Shown here: positions 13,730 to 25,360 of the stretch, piece after piece | Layout: every line of letters starts with the position of its first letter | How positions within the stretch are numbered: position 1 is the first letter of the stretch | Assembly (NCBI GenBank): GCA_051294905.1 | Contig: CM119371.1 | Coordinates: forward strand, 12,650,001-12,714,000 | DNA: 64,000 nt | Source: Botryllus schlosseri | Taxonomy: Eukaryota | Direction: 5' to 3' | Notes under the pieces: generated by a model | Told to the model about the DNA's origin: nothing | Seen by the model: the letters and a program-made list of their open reading frames with translations, nothing else | Database searches by the model: none | Made by a program: the position numbers and the translations under genes

Positions 13730-14132
13730 TAGGCTTACCATACGTCCTCTTTTAAGAGGATTTGTCCTCTTTTTTGAGATTTTGTCCTCTTTTTTGAAAA
13801 TTTAGGTCAGATATAGAGGAAATTGCGAGTGATATGCCGCAAATTAGCGCAGAAGTGAAGCTCCGGCGGGTATTTCGGAGGAAAAAGCGGTGATTTCAGC
13901 TCTGAGCGAAATGAAGACCTTTTTTTTTTAGTCATCCACCTAGCAATGTGGAGTTAAAAACGTGTTTTTGAGCTCTGAGCAGAAGTGAAGACCTTTTTTT
14001 TTTTTTTTTTTTAGTCAACCGATCACAAAGTGGGAAAAATTAACCGTTTTTGAGAATTTCACTCCGGTTTTGCATGTTGCAAATTTCTGAAAAAGTGTCC
14101 TCTTTTTTGATTTCCAAAATATGGTAAGCCTA
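13730..14132. mobile_element. hAT MITE
   Basis: TIR TAGGCTTACCATA / TATGGTAAGCCTA; TSD AGTTAGAG/AGTTAGAC. Confidence 0.9.
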
Positions 14133-14140
14133 AGTTAGAC

Positions 14141-15642
14141 CAGTGGTTCCCAACCTTTTTTGCATCATTCCCAAGTTATGATTTTTTTCGGGTCTTTATT
14201 CCCCACTACCTGAAATACCCAATATAACCGTTAAAATGCTTCCTCCGGTAAAATTTGGTAATTCCTTGTTTCGTAAGAACTTTCTATTGGTGCAAGTAGG
14301 CTAATGACCAGCCAGAACTAATAGTGGCAGCCAGTGTAAAGAAAACAGTTACTTGTAATAGTCATATTTCGATTCGAGTCGATCGAGTTTTCTATATGGT
14401 TGTATTTTGTTTTAAATTTAAACCTAAGCCCTTGGTAGCTTCTACGCCCCGTGAATTTATTTCAAGTGGACGTTAAATAGGGCGTGCAAGCTACCAAGGT
14501 CTTACGTTTATATATATCGTCAGCTATAGGCGCAACAAAGTTTTAGTCATTACGTTTTATCGATCTTTAGGCGCACCAAAGAGATATTACGGATGTCACG
14601 GGCCTGCCATATGCTTTTTTGACTACACGTAGAATATCCCTTGGACGTTACACAGTAGATGTACGCAATCGCTTTTTTCTGAAACATATAAAACTTTTTG
14701 TTATCCCGCAAAATTCTGCGCAAGCTTTATTGCCTGCCATACTGCTCCTCCTCAACGTGATGTGACCACAATGTTGGTTATCCCCTTTTTGGGAACAACA
14801 CACAATAACATTAGCGGCGCCCACAGCTCAGACCCGTGGACGAGTAACCAGACTTGAACAACTAGAAAAGTTTCAGCCTTTCTAAAATATATTAGACTTA
14901 GAATTAGAGCTACACATCAAAAAAATAGGTTAGAATTAGATTTATTGAATTCGCAAAAACTTTAAAATTGAATCAAATTGCATTCCCATAACCATGAAAA
15001 TGATTCAAAATAAAATGACGTTTATGATCATGATATTTCTTGTTGTAATTGTACTGCTTTAATAAAATCTTACTTCTTTTATGGTAACCATAAGCGTCAC
15101 CCATGTTAGTCAGAACGGCGTTGTACTAGGGTAAAGTTAAAAAAACAAACAGAATATTGTTAGCAGACTACACGCTGCTATGCGAACAGTCACATTGGCT
15201 ACTGTGACTGCACGGCGTGAGTAAGGCGATGGGGGCTTGGCACTCGATTTCCCTTCGCGAGAGGTTTATTTCTGTTTACTCGCTGCAAAATGCCTCGGAC
15301 AAAGAGGCATTTTCAGGAAAACAATAAATTCGATTAGAACTAAAATTAGAGCATAGGGACATTTCAGAAATTAGATTAGAATTAGAATTAGAGCATGAAA
15401 ACACTTCACAAATTCGATTAGAATTTGATTACCGGCATTTCGCTCTAATTTAGTGAAATTAGACAACCAGAATTATCTAGTTGGTTGTAATTGTACTACT
15501 TTGGAAAAATATTACTTCTTTTGTGGTAACCATGACCATTGTCCATGTTAGTCAGAACGGCGTTGTACTAGCGTAAAGTTTTAAAAACTAGAATATAGTT
15601 TACTTCAGAAGTGTTGAATTCCACATCGTTTGGGAACCACTG
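14141..15642. mobile_element. hAT-Charlie-like non-autonomous element with nested repeats
   Basis: TIR CAGTGGTTCCCAA / TTGGGAACCACTG; perfect TSD AGTTAGAC; positional counterpart at 50293-52479. Confidence 0.9.
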
Positions 15643-15669
15643 AGTTAGACCATATAGTGTCCTATATGG

Positions 15670-17760
15670 CAGTGTTCTCAACCTTTTTATCTTCGCGGAC
15701 CTCTTTTGAACAGCCGCGGAACGCCGGGGGCCTCCTAAAGTTAACGTACAAAATTAGCTCAATTATCGTGCAACCGTCATCTGTCTCGTACAATCATCGC
15801 TGCCTCGTGCAATCATGGATTGTAGACTAGCAATAAACAGCCAAAAATGACTTTTATAGGAAATAACATCACACTACGCGTAGAATTTGGCAGAATTTTA
15901 TTATTTCGAAACGAATTTTGCATCTGTATTATTAATATTCTTGAAAATGCACGTCTTCGTTTGGATATGAACGAGTACCGGAAATCCGTTTCCACAAAGA
16001 TATATTGGTGGCTGATTTAATATTTTAGCGTAACACTTCCGACGACAGCGTTTGGTTTGTGTTTTTAATGAACAAATCACGTCCAGCCTAGTCATTTTTA
16101 TCTAGCATCTCATTTTGAAGTTGTTTATAGCAGTGCACTTCAACCTTTTTCGACGTGGTACACCCTTTTAACGTTTGCTCAAAACTCGTACATCCCTGTT
16201 CATTAGGGGTCTTCAAAATGACTTTTTTTCTCAAATGGTACTGGCTACTTGATAAAATTGTTAGGTTACCTAACTTAAGCCTGCACACCAAATTTGGTTC
16301 AATTCAAACCAGTGGCCGCATTGCTACGGGAGAAGAAAGTTTCTATTTATTATATAAAATAAATAACGAAAAATTTGAAATTTTTCTGTTCACTCATGAA
16401 AGTATTAGGTTGTCTATAAAAACGATGTTCTTCGAATTTGATTCAATTCCAACCAGTAGAAGCGGAGTTATTGCCGTCAAAAAATTGGATTTGAATAAAA
16501 TAGTATTTGGTCACAGAGCCCGCAACGCAAATTGGAATTTGTTTCGTGTCAGCCCAAAAACAGCATGACATTACGAACGATAATCAACCTAAATGTAACA
16601 GTATTGGGGGGAGAGTATGTAAAGTTACTACTGCAGAAGCGGTAATTCAGATCAGCGATGATAGCAGGCGCACCAGTCTACTGCGTATCAGGCCTGCCCC
16701 ACACCACACACAGTCGATAGTAGCACTTGGGCTGCAAGAGATGTCAGTAACGTCAGATCGTATGCCGCTATACACAGTATATTGTCGCTAATTTGCATCA
16801 CTAATAACAAAATACTAAATTGCAAATGTATGGCGAAATATTGGACATAAAATCGGCATTTTAAAACAAAAGGGTTTCGATTTCAACATGGAAGCTGATG
16901 ACTCGACCCTCACTTCATTTATGTGCATTGCGGTATTTATTAACGTCGGGTAGGAAGTACCGATTCAAGAAGTCTGAGCTATCGCGGCGGTAACCTCAAA
17001 AATCACTAAAAGACAAATGACTAGCTGTGATTGTTAACTGCATACTTTCCAACACCAAACGGAACCATTGGTCTATTGCCGACGGCTAAATTAATAGGAG
17101 AAATATTTGCTTATGACATCACAATCAAACGATGTACAGTATTACACATGAGATAACATCGTACCATACTGCTCATTAACCTGTGCGTCAACCTGTTCTG
17201 GCCCATAAACCTGCCTTTGTGATAGCTAGCCATCGGCTCATTGTAATTCGGATCTGGTACACCCCTGTACACCCCTGTACACCCCATCCGAGTGGTACAC
17301 CCTTTTGCAAATTCTGGTACACCCTAGGGTGTACGACAACCCCGGTTGAAGAGCACTGGTTTATAGTGCTTATATCACATGAGAAAATGAATTTGGTGGA
17401 GAGGTTTCAATTCCTTCATTGGGAAAGATTAGGAAAACCGTTCAGGAATATATATTTCAAACGACTGTTTACTAATTTGCCGTGACTGACAACTCAAAAT
17501 CCAAAATGCTATCTCCATCATTTCATTTGTCCACAAACGGCAATAAAATATCCTAAACAGCAATATGCATCGGCAGGCTATTGCTAACTTGATAATTGAA
17601 ATGAGTTTTGCACAGTCGGAAACTTCATCTCAGACGACTATATTAAGAATTATGAAGGGATACTGTCTTATGCTTTTTTCTTGAATAAAAAAATGAAAAT
17701 TAAGTTATCAATCACTTTAGAAATTTAGAGGTTTCGCGGACCCCCGGTTGAAAACCACTG
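15670..17760. mobile_element. hAT-Charlie-like element hosting a nested MITE
   Basis: Ends CAGTGTTCTCAACC / GGTTGAAAACCACTG with tcgcggacc subterminal motif; TSD not recognisable. Confidence 0.6.
16131..17358. mobile_element. hAT MITE (GGTACACCC family)
   Basis: TIR CAGTGCACTTCAACC / GGTTGAAGAGCACTG; perfect TSD GTTTATAG; older relatives at ~9664-11467 and ~42826-44416. Confidence 0.9.
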
Positions 17761-17779
17761 CATGGTGTAGACACAAGCA

Positions 17780-18615
17780 AATCTCACGGCTTATTGAAAT
17801 TGTTCTACGTCACACTTTATATTTGGCTAAAGGCAATTTGACGTTCATTTTTGACCGGCTTGCCAACCGCGAAATTTTATAAAACGCGTATCAATCGAAA
17901 GCTACCGCGGTACTGAGTGTAAAAATATATATTCTATTTTTGCTCATGGTCTTGGAACCCCCAAAAATCAATCTCGAATGTTGCATTATAACAGAATTTG
18001 GTATTGTTTATTTTGTTATTTGTGATATTCATGGTGTTTGTCGACTACTATGGTCATTTACACCAGGCGATATTCCATATTTTTTTTTATTCCGACTTGT
18101 AGCACGGCCCACTTCTATAGGCTTTTGTAAGACATCGCTTACGCGGATGAGATGACGAGGAGGAGCCTAGATAAACCTCGAACACTTAGGCAGGAGTTCT
18201 GGAGTCGACCTCGGTCGGACTCGAACCCACAATGCATCATGCTTGTAGCTGTTGTAGTTGTAGCCGTCTGCGAACGGGTGAGAGGCAACGCAAAACGCAA
18301 GCGTATTGGCCATTGTTGCGCAACGAATTAAGCATTCACATTCTCACTCTTGTGAGCACTTGCTGCTGAGCCACTCAGACGGCGTGGTTGCGTCGCAATA
18401 CCAAACTCCGTTACAATGCAGCATTTGAGGCTGATTTCGGGGGTTTCCAGGACCACGGGCAGAATATAATTTATATTTTCGCAATCAGTACCGCGGAAGC
18501 TTTCCATTTATACCCGTTTTTCACATTTCGCGCTTGGCAAGCCGGTCAAAAATTACTGTCAAATTGCCTTTAGGCAAATGGAAAGTGTGTTACGTAGATC
18601 AATTTCACTGAGCCA
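17780..18615. repeat. Old foldback element with ~230-bp diverged inverted arms
   Basis: 17780-18007 is an imperfect reverse complement of 18396-18615 (e.g. tttttgaccggcttgccaa / ttggcaagccggtcaaaaa); a SINE sits in the spacer. Confidence 0.8.
18008..18245 (-). mobile_element. tRNA-derived SINE
   Basis: Family tail catggtgtttgtcgactactatggtcattta; B-box reverse complement ggactcgaacc at ~18217. Confidence 0.8.
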
Positions 18616-18658
18616 GGAAACCGCCCGGCCTGCGATGTGATTATGAGCGGCCGCAGAG

Positions 18659-20129
18659 CAGTGTTTGGATCAAGTCAATACCTTCGAGTCACGAGTCATC
18701 TCGAGTCATTGCAGATTTTGACGCAAGTAAAATCACGTCAATCGATTTTCAAACGTGACTTGAGTCAAGTCAAGTTACTCGTTTTTTAAAGGTGACTCGA
18801 TCAAGTCGAGTCAAGTCAGAATTCAAGTCAAATTGAATTTTTAAAGCATGAATGATGATTCAAAGTCATTACATTTTGCTATCTGTGTGAAAGACAGATT
18901 AATAGATCATCTATCTTGGATCAAATAACGAATATCTAGTTAAATATGCATGTAAAAAGACGTTGTATCCCTCACACACACGTAGAACTGCTAATAAAAT
19001 ACCTGAGTAACTGTGCAGCTACATGATACAGTTCGTTATTATCAGCCAAAATATTGGACCTAATGCGAAGCTTCGAGAAGTTGTAACAAATTGATATGGT
19101 ACAATAGCCTACACTACCCATATACACACCCGTGATAATATAAACGCCCAAACTATATTTGTTCGATTTAAATCACACAAGATGGTAGTAAATGTGAGCA
19201 ATGCGCAACGTGAGCATTGAGCCGTAAAAGAAACAGAGACACCTTGCTATTTACATTAATCTTCTACTACTACTTGGACAAGTGGCGCGATAGCGCAGTG
19301 GTATAATTCGCTTCTCTTCTCAACCTCAACCGCGTAAGCAGTGTCTTATAAAAAGCCTAGAGGCCGTGCTATAAGTCGGCCGTTACGAAAAATAGTGAAC
19401 AATATCGGCCTATGGTGTAAATGACCATAGTAGTCGACAAACACCATGAATACCCCGAATCAAACAAACTACTTCGACAATGTAAGCTGTAATCGTTTAG
19501 TTTGCGGTCAATATATTTGTGACCTAACGAAGGGGATCAGTGTAACGTACAATCAGTGACTAACTGGTTGCTCTCACAAGTACCACCGGCGCATCTCGAA
19601 CAAACCGAGCATACACAAGATACAGTGATTTTTTCGACGCCGTTTACTTGATGACTTGAAATTGACTCGTAAATTTTGCTCCGAGTCACGAGTCAATGCA
19701 CAATTTTGATGCTCCAATTCAAGTCAAGTCTAGTCATTTTTTCCAAAATGACTCTAGTCAAGTCAAGTCATACGAAAAAGTTGACTCGACTCTGACTCGA
19801 GTCAAGTCATGACTCGAGTCATCCCAACACTGCTTTGTATTGTAGAACCAAACGATGACCACTGCAGATCCCGGATACCAAGGGTGCTCAATTATTTGGC
19901 CTTACGTTATCACGGGCGTATTTTGGTGGTCGTTAATTTTACTCCGAGTCAATGCAAATTTTTAAAATTCCGAGTCAAGTCAAGTTAAGTCATTTTTTAA
20001 AGTGACTCGAGTCAAGTTAAGTCATTTTTTTAAAGTGACTCGAGTCAAGTCAAGTCATACGAAAAAGTTGACTCGAGTCAAGTCAAGTCAAGTCATACTA
20101 AAAAGTTGACTCGAATCATCCAATCACTG
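18659..20129. mobile_element. GAGTC hAT element (family of 5168-6121) with two right ends
   Basis: Left TIR CAGTGTTTGGAT; right ends at 19832 and 20129; TSD CCGCAGAG/CCGCAGAC fits only the outer end. Confidence 0.85.
19282..19468 (+). mobile_element. Internally deleted tRNA-derived SINE
   Basis: A-box TAGCGCAGTGG, family tail, TSD ctacttggacaa/ctacttcgacaa; absent from the 5168-6121 copy of the host element. Confidence 0.8.
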
Positions 20130-22858
20130 CCGCAGACCGATTCCGGTCTCACATGATAATGTGGCCCAGTTCCACTGCCCGCCACCATCCCACCCTACAT
20201 GCAAACTAAGTCAAATTATGGACTGCATGTTACTCTTAAGCTCTTTGTTTTCGGGCTTAGTCACTTGACAAGCATGTTATGTTACGTCACAAAAGGCCTT
20301 TCCATTTTTGTATCAGACTGATACCTTATCTCAAGCCGTAAAAAAGGTCAAAAATTGAAAGTGAAATTTGGGCTGATTAGTTTTATATTTAAACGTGGAT
20401 CAAATTTTCGACCATGATCCTTAACAGGACGGAGCACCGTTCCATTTAACTGATGTTAACGTGCCGCCTTTAACTGAATACTGTTTTGGTCTCTATGCTT
20501 TAGAGTTCAAACATAAAGTGCAGGGGAGAACGGGGAAAATGTAACTAGTGGCAAATGTAACAGTCGAGCTCACCGCTAGTAGGGTGAAGAAATCGCATTG
20601 ATATTTTTAGTGTGCATGCGCTGGTTATGGCTCCTAAAATACCTGAAGTTACGTTGAGCTACGATGCGAAACGCCGAAATAATTTGAAAAAAATGACACT
20701 TGAGCATTTATTTTCTGGTCTTGAATACTTTGTTCAGAAGACCTCAAGTGGTCACAACGTAATATATGTCGCTGGAACAATGCTACTAGAGTCTACCGTA
20801 ATCATAGCAAAACTAAGGCTTGCATCGCCGGGAAGGTACCATACTGAGACACTAATCATGGTCGAGCGTGTCAGTGGCAATTGTAACAATCTGTTACTTT
20901 TTTCTCGATAGAATATCTTTGCATGCTGAATTTCTTGGTTCATATGTTGGTATAACCATTTATCTACTGCAGATTAATCTTGCAACAGTCAGAAGTTCAA
21001 TACCAAAACAGATACTACCTTTCCATACCAATTCTAACATGATGATCTGTCGGAACGGCCATACAGAAGTGGAGATGTGAATCTTGGGGTTCGGTTGTTT
21101 CCGTGATTCTACCACTCTTTCTCATGTTGATCTACTTGTAACGTGTTGACCTTCAATGGTCACTTAAGAACTTGCCCATGACTGAATCCTCATTCCCTGA
21201 CTTTTAGTTATTTAAAAACACTGTTATAATTGCACCGAATGGGCCGTACAATTGCCCCTGGATATACGGGGCGATTGTAACATTTGAGCGGCGATTTGTA
21301 CCACCCGAAAATTCCATGATTGATTGTTGATTGAGTTCCATTTTTGTTTTGGTATCAACTATCGAGTTGTTGGCTTCTTAATATAAGACTTAGGAAATGA
21401 AATTTCCATGAGATAGATTTATTTCTTCGTCAACCGGAATAAACAGAATGACTATGCAAAAAAAAATAATACTCAAAACAAAAAACACATACACAATAAT
21501 AATAGCGTGTAACTGGATCCATAACGGTATAGACGGTTGCCGGCGATATGATCCTTACGATCTTCACGTCATGCCGGAACCTTGGAGATTAGAATCAAGT
21601 ATAAGGATATATAGATACATACACTCACGCTTACTAGTTATGGTGGTTTGCACATAAACAAAATGAAAATTCAAAACAACAACAAAGTACACAGCGGATG
21701 CCTTGATGCAATGGCAGAGGGGGAATACAGCCGACTAGTGCTTACTGAGAAGTAAGTCAAGGAACTCAAAACACGTAATGTTAGAAACTACAAAAGTGTT
21801 ACCAGTGGTGGCCCTAGGATTGGGGGGGCCCTGGGCGAAACTTCCAGGGAGGCCCCCATATATCTATGAACGCATCTTCTGGGGGGCTCCGCCCCCCAGA
21901 CCCCCCACCCCTCTCAATACAACTATTACATATATTGCATGTCTGTTAACTCCGTCTAAAATTATGGAATGTTTATGCTGTATGTAACTGTTTCAAGGAA
22001 ACGATCACAGGATTGCAATGACTCGAGCAGTGATAATTTGGTGACTCAACTTGGCTCAGATCAAAATATAAAAATAGGATTGACATTTGACTCAATTACA
22101 ATCCTGAATAAGACCCAGCGGAGCTAATCGATCACTAAAGTGATCAAACAATGAATTTGATAGAACACGTACATAGAATTGAAACTTCCAATGAATGAAG
22201 AAACTACTATGACCGGACAATTGAATTGATGCGTTTAGTACTTCAAAAAAAGTAGAAATCAAAATGATGATAGGAAATATGACACCAAAAGCAAAAAAAG
22301 AACAACTAAATGGAAACTATCATACGGGTACAAAATGATATTGGCCTGGTGTAAACTTACCAAAGTAGTCGAGACATCATGATTCATGAATACTCAAAAC
22401 AACAACAAACAACAATGACTTCCCTTCTTTGACAAGATGACTCAACCAAGAGGAGTTTATGGTCATGAAGAATTATTACCGGATCACAAGGATTAACTCA
22501 TGGACTATATTTCTACACAGAAAGAAAAATTATTTATTCGTAACAGCTAACACAGCAAAAGTACCTACAGAAAAGAACAAATACCGGTATATTACAAATC
22601 ACCATTTGTTGCAGAAGTGATCTAACCAAGACATAGTTTCATGTTTATGGTAAATTTTACATTGAATGCTTGCAATGGTACCGGTCATAAAACAGCTTAG
22701 CCAGACCACCTCGACTAAATGTCTAAAGATAGAATGGAAGAAGCTCTTGAACCTGACAATAAAATGAGCTGAGGGGTCAGAACCAGGCTCATAATAATTT
22801 TCAAAATCAAGTCATACACAGCGTCAAATTCAAATATTGTTGGCGCAATACTGTCCAC

Positions 22859-23476
22859 TAGGGCGGTTCAAAAATAACATTTTTTCCTTAATCTTGCGGG
22901 CTACATGATTAAATCGTCAGGTTACCTTAAAAAACGACGCACACCAAATTTGAATTCATTCCAACCAATATTCGCGGTTTACGTAGAGTTTGAAAATTTT
23001 GAATTTGCCCAGAAACGCAAAAAAAATTTTTTTTCAAATTTTTCTGCTAACCCCATGAAATTGTTGGGCTGTCTTCAAAGACTATGCAAAACAAATTTGA
23101 CTCAATTCTAAGCAGTAGAAGTGGAGTTATATCAGTTTTTCTTTGATAATTAGGGATTATCCTTGATTGGTGGATAATCCAAGAATTTTCATCGAAAAAC
23201 TGGAATAACTCCGCTTCTACGGCTTGGAATTGAGTAAAATTTGTTTTGCATAGTCTTTGAAGACAGCCCAACAATTTCATGGGGTTAGCAGAAAAATTTG
23301 AAAAAAAAATTTTTTTGCGTTTCTGGGCAAATTCAAAATTTTCAAACTCTACGTAAACCGCGAATATTGGTTGGAATGAATTCAAATTTGGTGTGCGTCG
23401 TTTTTTAAGGTAACCTGACGATTTAATCATGTAGCCCGCAAGATTAGGGAAAAAATGTTATTTTTGAACCGCCCTA
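22859..23476. mobile_element. Near-perfect palindromic hAT (hATm-like) MITE
   Basis: TAGGGCGGTTCAAAAATAAC...GTTATTTTTGAACCGCCCTA; arms ~280 bp with few mismatches; perfect TSD CTGTCCAC. Confidence 0.95.
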
Positions 23477-24479
23477 CTGTCCACACAAAGATTGCGAACG
23501 CCAGTTTTAAGAGGAACTAAACATTATCCAAATATCCAACTTCTGCCTACAATTTAGGCTACATTGCTGTCACGACTTTAAAATTATATATTCAATAAAA
23601 ACTAATTTTTCAGCATTCTATGTTATAATAGCTTCCATATCATGACTAGAGATGAAAATTTTTAATTTGACAGAAATAAAAGGGATACTCATATAATTGT
23701 CATTAGCAATGACTTTAAACTTGAGTGCCGTACACGTACACAAAAAAGCTAAATTGTAACTTGAATTATATATTAGATCAACTTCTACAAGATAGCTATG
23801 TACAGACCTACCAAAAATTATTTCAATATTACGATTGAATGAGTCGGAAAATCTTGTTTCTTATCATGCGCCAACTTGAAAAGCTGGATATTGAATTTAA
23901 AAACTTGAAATTGTGATGTAGGCTACTCGGATATATTTCAAAATCACTTGATCCAAATTTCTGTCAAATCTAAAAACTGAAATAAACCATTAATCTGTTT
24001 TAGGGCTACTGACATGGAGTTAGCCTATTACTGAAAATGAATGAGATGTACCAGTCACTGAAAATATATACTTACTGTATACACTGTAGTAGTTTTAATG
24101 TTATTGTAATTTTACAGCACTGTGAAAAAGGTGTATTATTATTTGAAAATATCACGAAAGTGATAATCATTCATGACAAAATTTCATGTTAGCGGATGCG
24201 ATCGAGTCTCTCGCACAAATCTCTCCTAAATAAAAATTAGAAGAAAAGGAGTAGCAGCCGGGTCTTCAAAATTATGTGAATACTTTGTGAGTGAATAGTG
24301 CGATACCAAAATCTGCAAGGATTCTGGGCGGCGGACTCAAAGCATGTTAATAAACCGGGTCGCCTTCAAGAGCATTTAGAAGATTTTCATCTAATTACAA
24401 AATGAATAGAGTACGGTACTCAAAACAAAGCATGCACTTCTAATCGGTGCAAACATTTGATCATCGACCCCTCTTAACG

Positions 24480-25360
24480 ACAACATATCCCACATTGGTG
24501 CATGGATATCCATGGTTATTCGCAATATGATAACTGTAAATTGTGTAAATGTAGGAGGGGCCCCCCTCATAAAATCGAAGTAAGCTCTTCTAACGTGCAC
24601 AGAAATTTGATGATCGACAACAGTTTACGATACCATATTCTACATGGGTATATATATTTTCACGGTTATTCGCAAATTGATAACTATCAATTGCGTAAAT
24701 GTAGGAGGGCCCCTGTCATAAAATAGAGGTAAGCTCATACAACGCGTGCAGAATTTAATGATAGACAACTGTTTACGGGACCATATTCTACATGGGTACA
24801 TATATTTTCACGGTTATTCGCAAAATGATAATCAAAAATTGCATAAATGCAGGAGGCCCCCCCTCATAAATCAAAGTAAGCTCGTACGGCGCGTGCAGGA
24901 TTTAATGATCGACAACTGTTTACGGTACCATATTCTACATGGGTACATATATATTCATTCACGGTTATTCGCAAAATGATAACCAAAAATTGCGTAAATG
25001 TAGGAGGGCCCCCCTAATAAATCGAAGTAAGCTCGTACAACGTGTGCAGAAATTTAATGATCGACAACTGTTTACAGTACCATATTCTATATTAGTAGGC
25101 CTGCATGTATTTTCAGTTATTTGCAAAATGATAACCAAAAATCCCTTAAATGTAGGAGCCCCCGTCATGAAATCAAAGTATGCCCTTTTACCGCGCACAG
25201 AAATTTGATGATCGACAACTGTTTACGGTACCATATTCTACATGGGTGCATGGATTTTCACGGTTATTCGAAAAATGATAACTAAAAAAAATGAGAATTA
25301 TGATTGACCACTTTTTACGGTATTCTTTATGGATACAAGGATTTCCACGGTTATTCAGAA
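24480..25360. repeat. ~147-152-bp tandem array, ~6 units
   Basis: ccatattcta recurs at 24633, 24781, 24928, 25080, 25231. Confidence 0.9.

Noticed and set aside
22905..23430. Two near-identical ORFs on opposite strands
   Set aside because: Artefact of the palindromic MITE.
24185..24395. Faint hAT dimerisation-like translation (SGCDR...IK)
   Set aside because: Too degenerate, with multiple stops, to call.
24391..25208. Repetitive ORFs, or a CRISPR-like array
   Set aside because: Whole units repeat with no unique spacers; frames shift between units; eukaryotic context with no cas genes.
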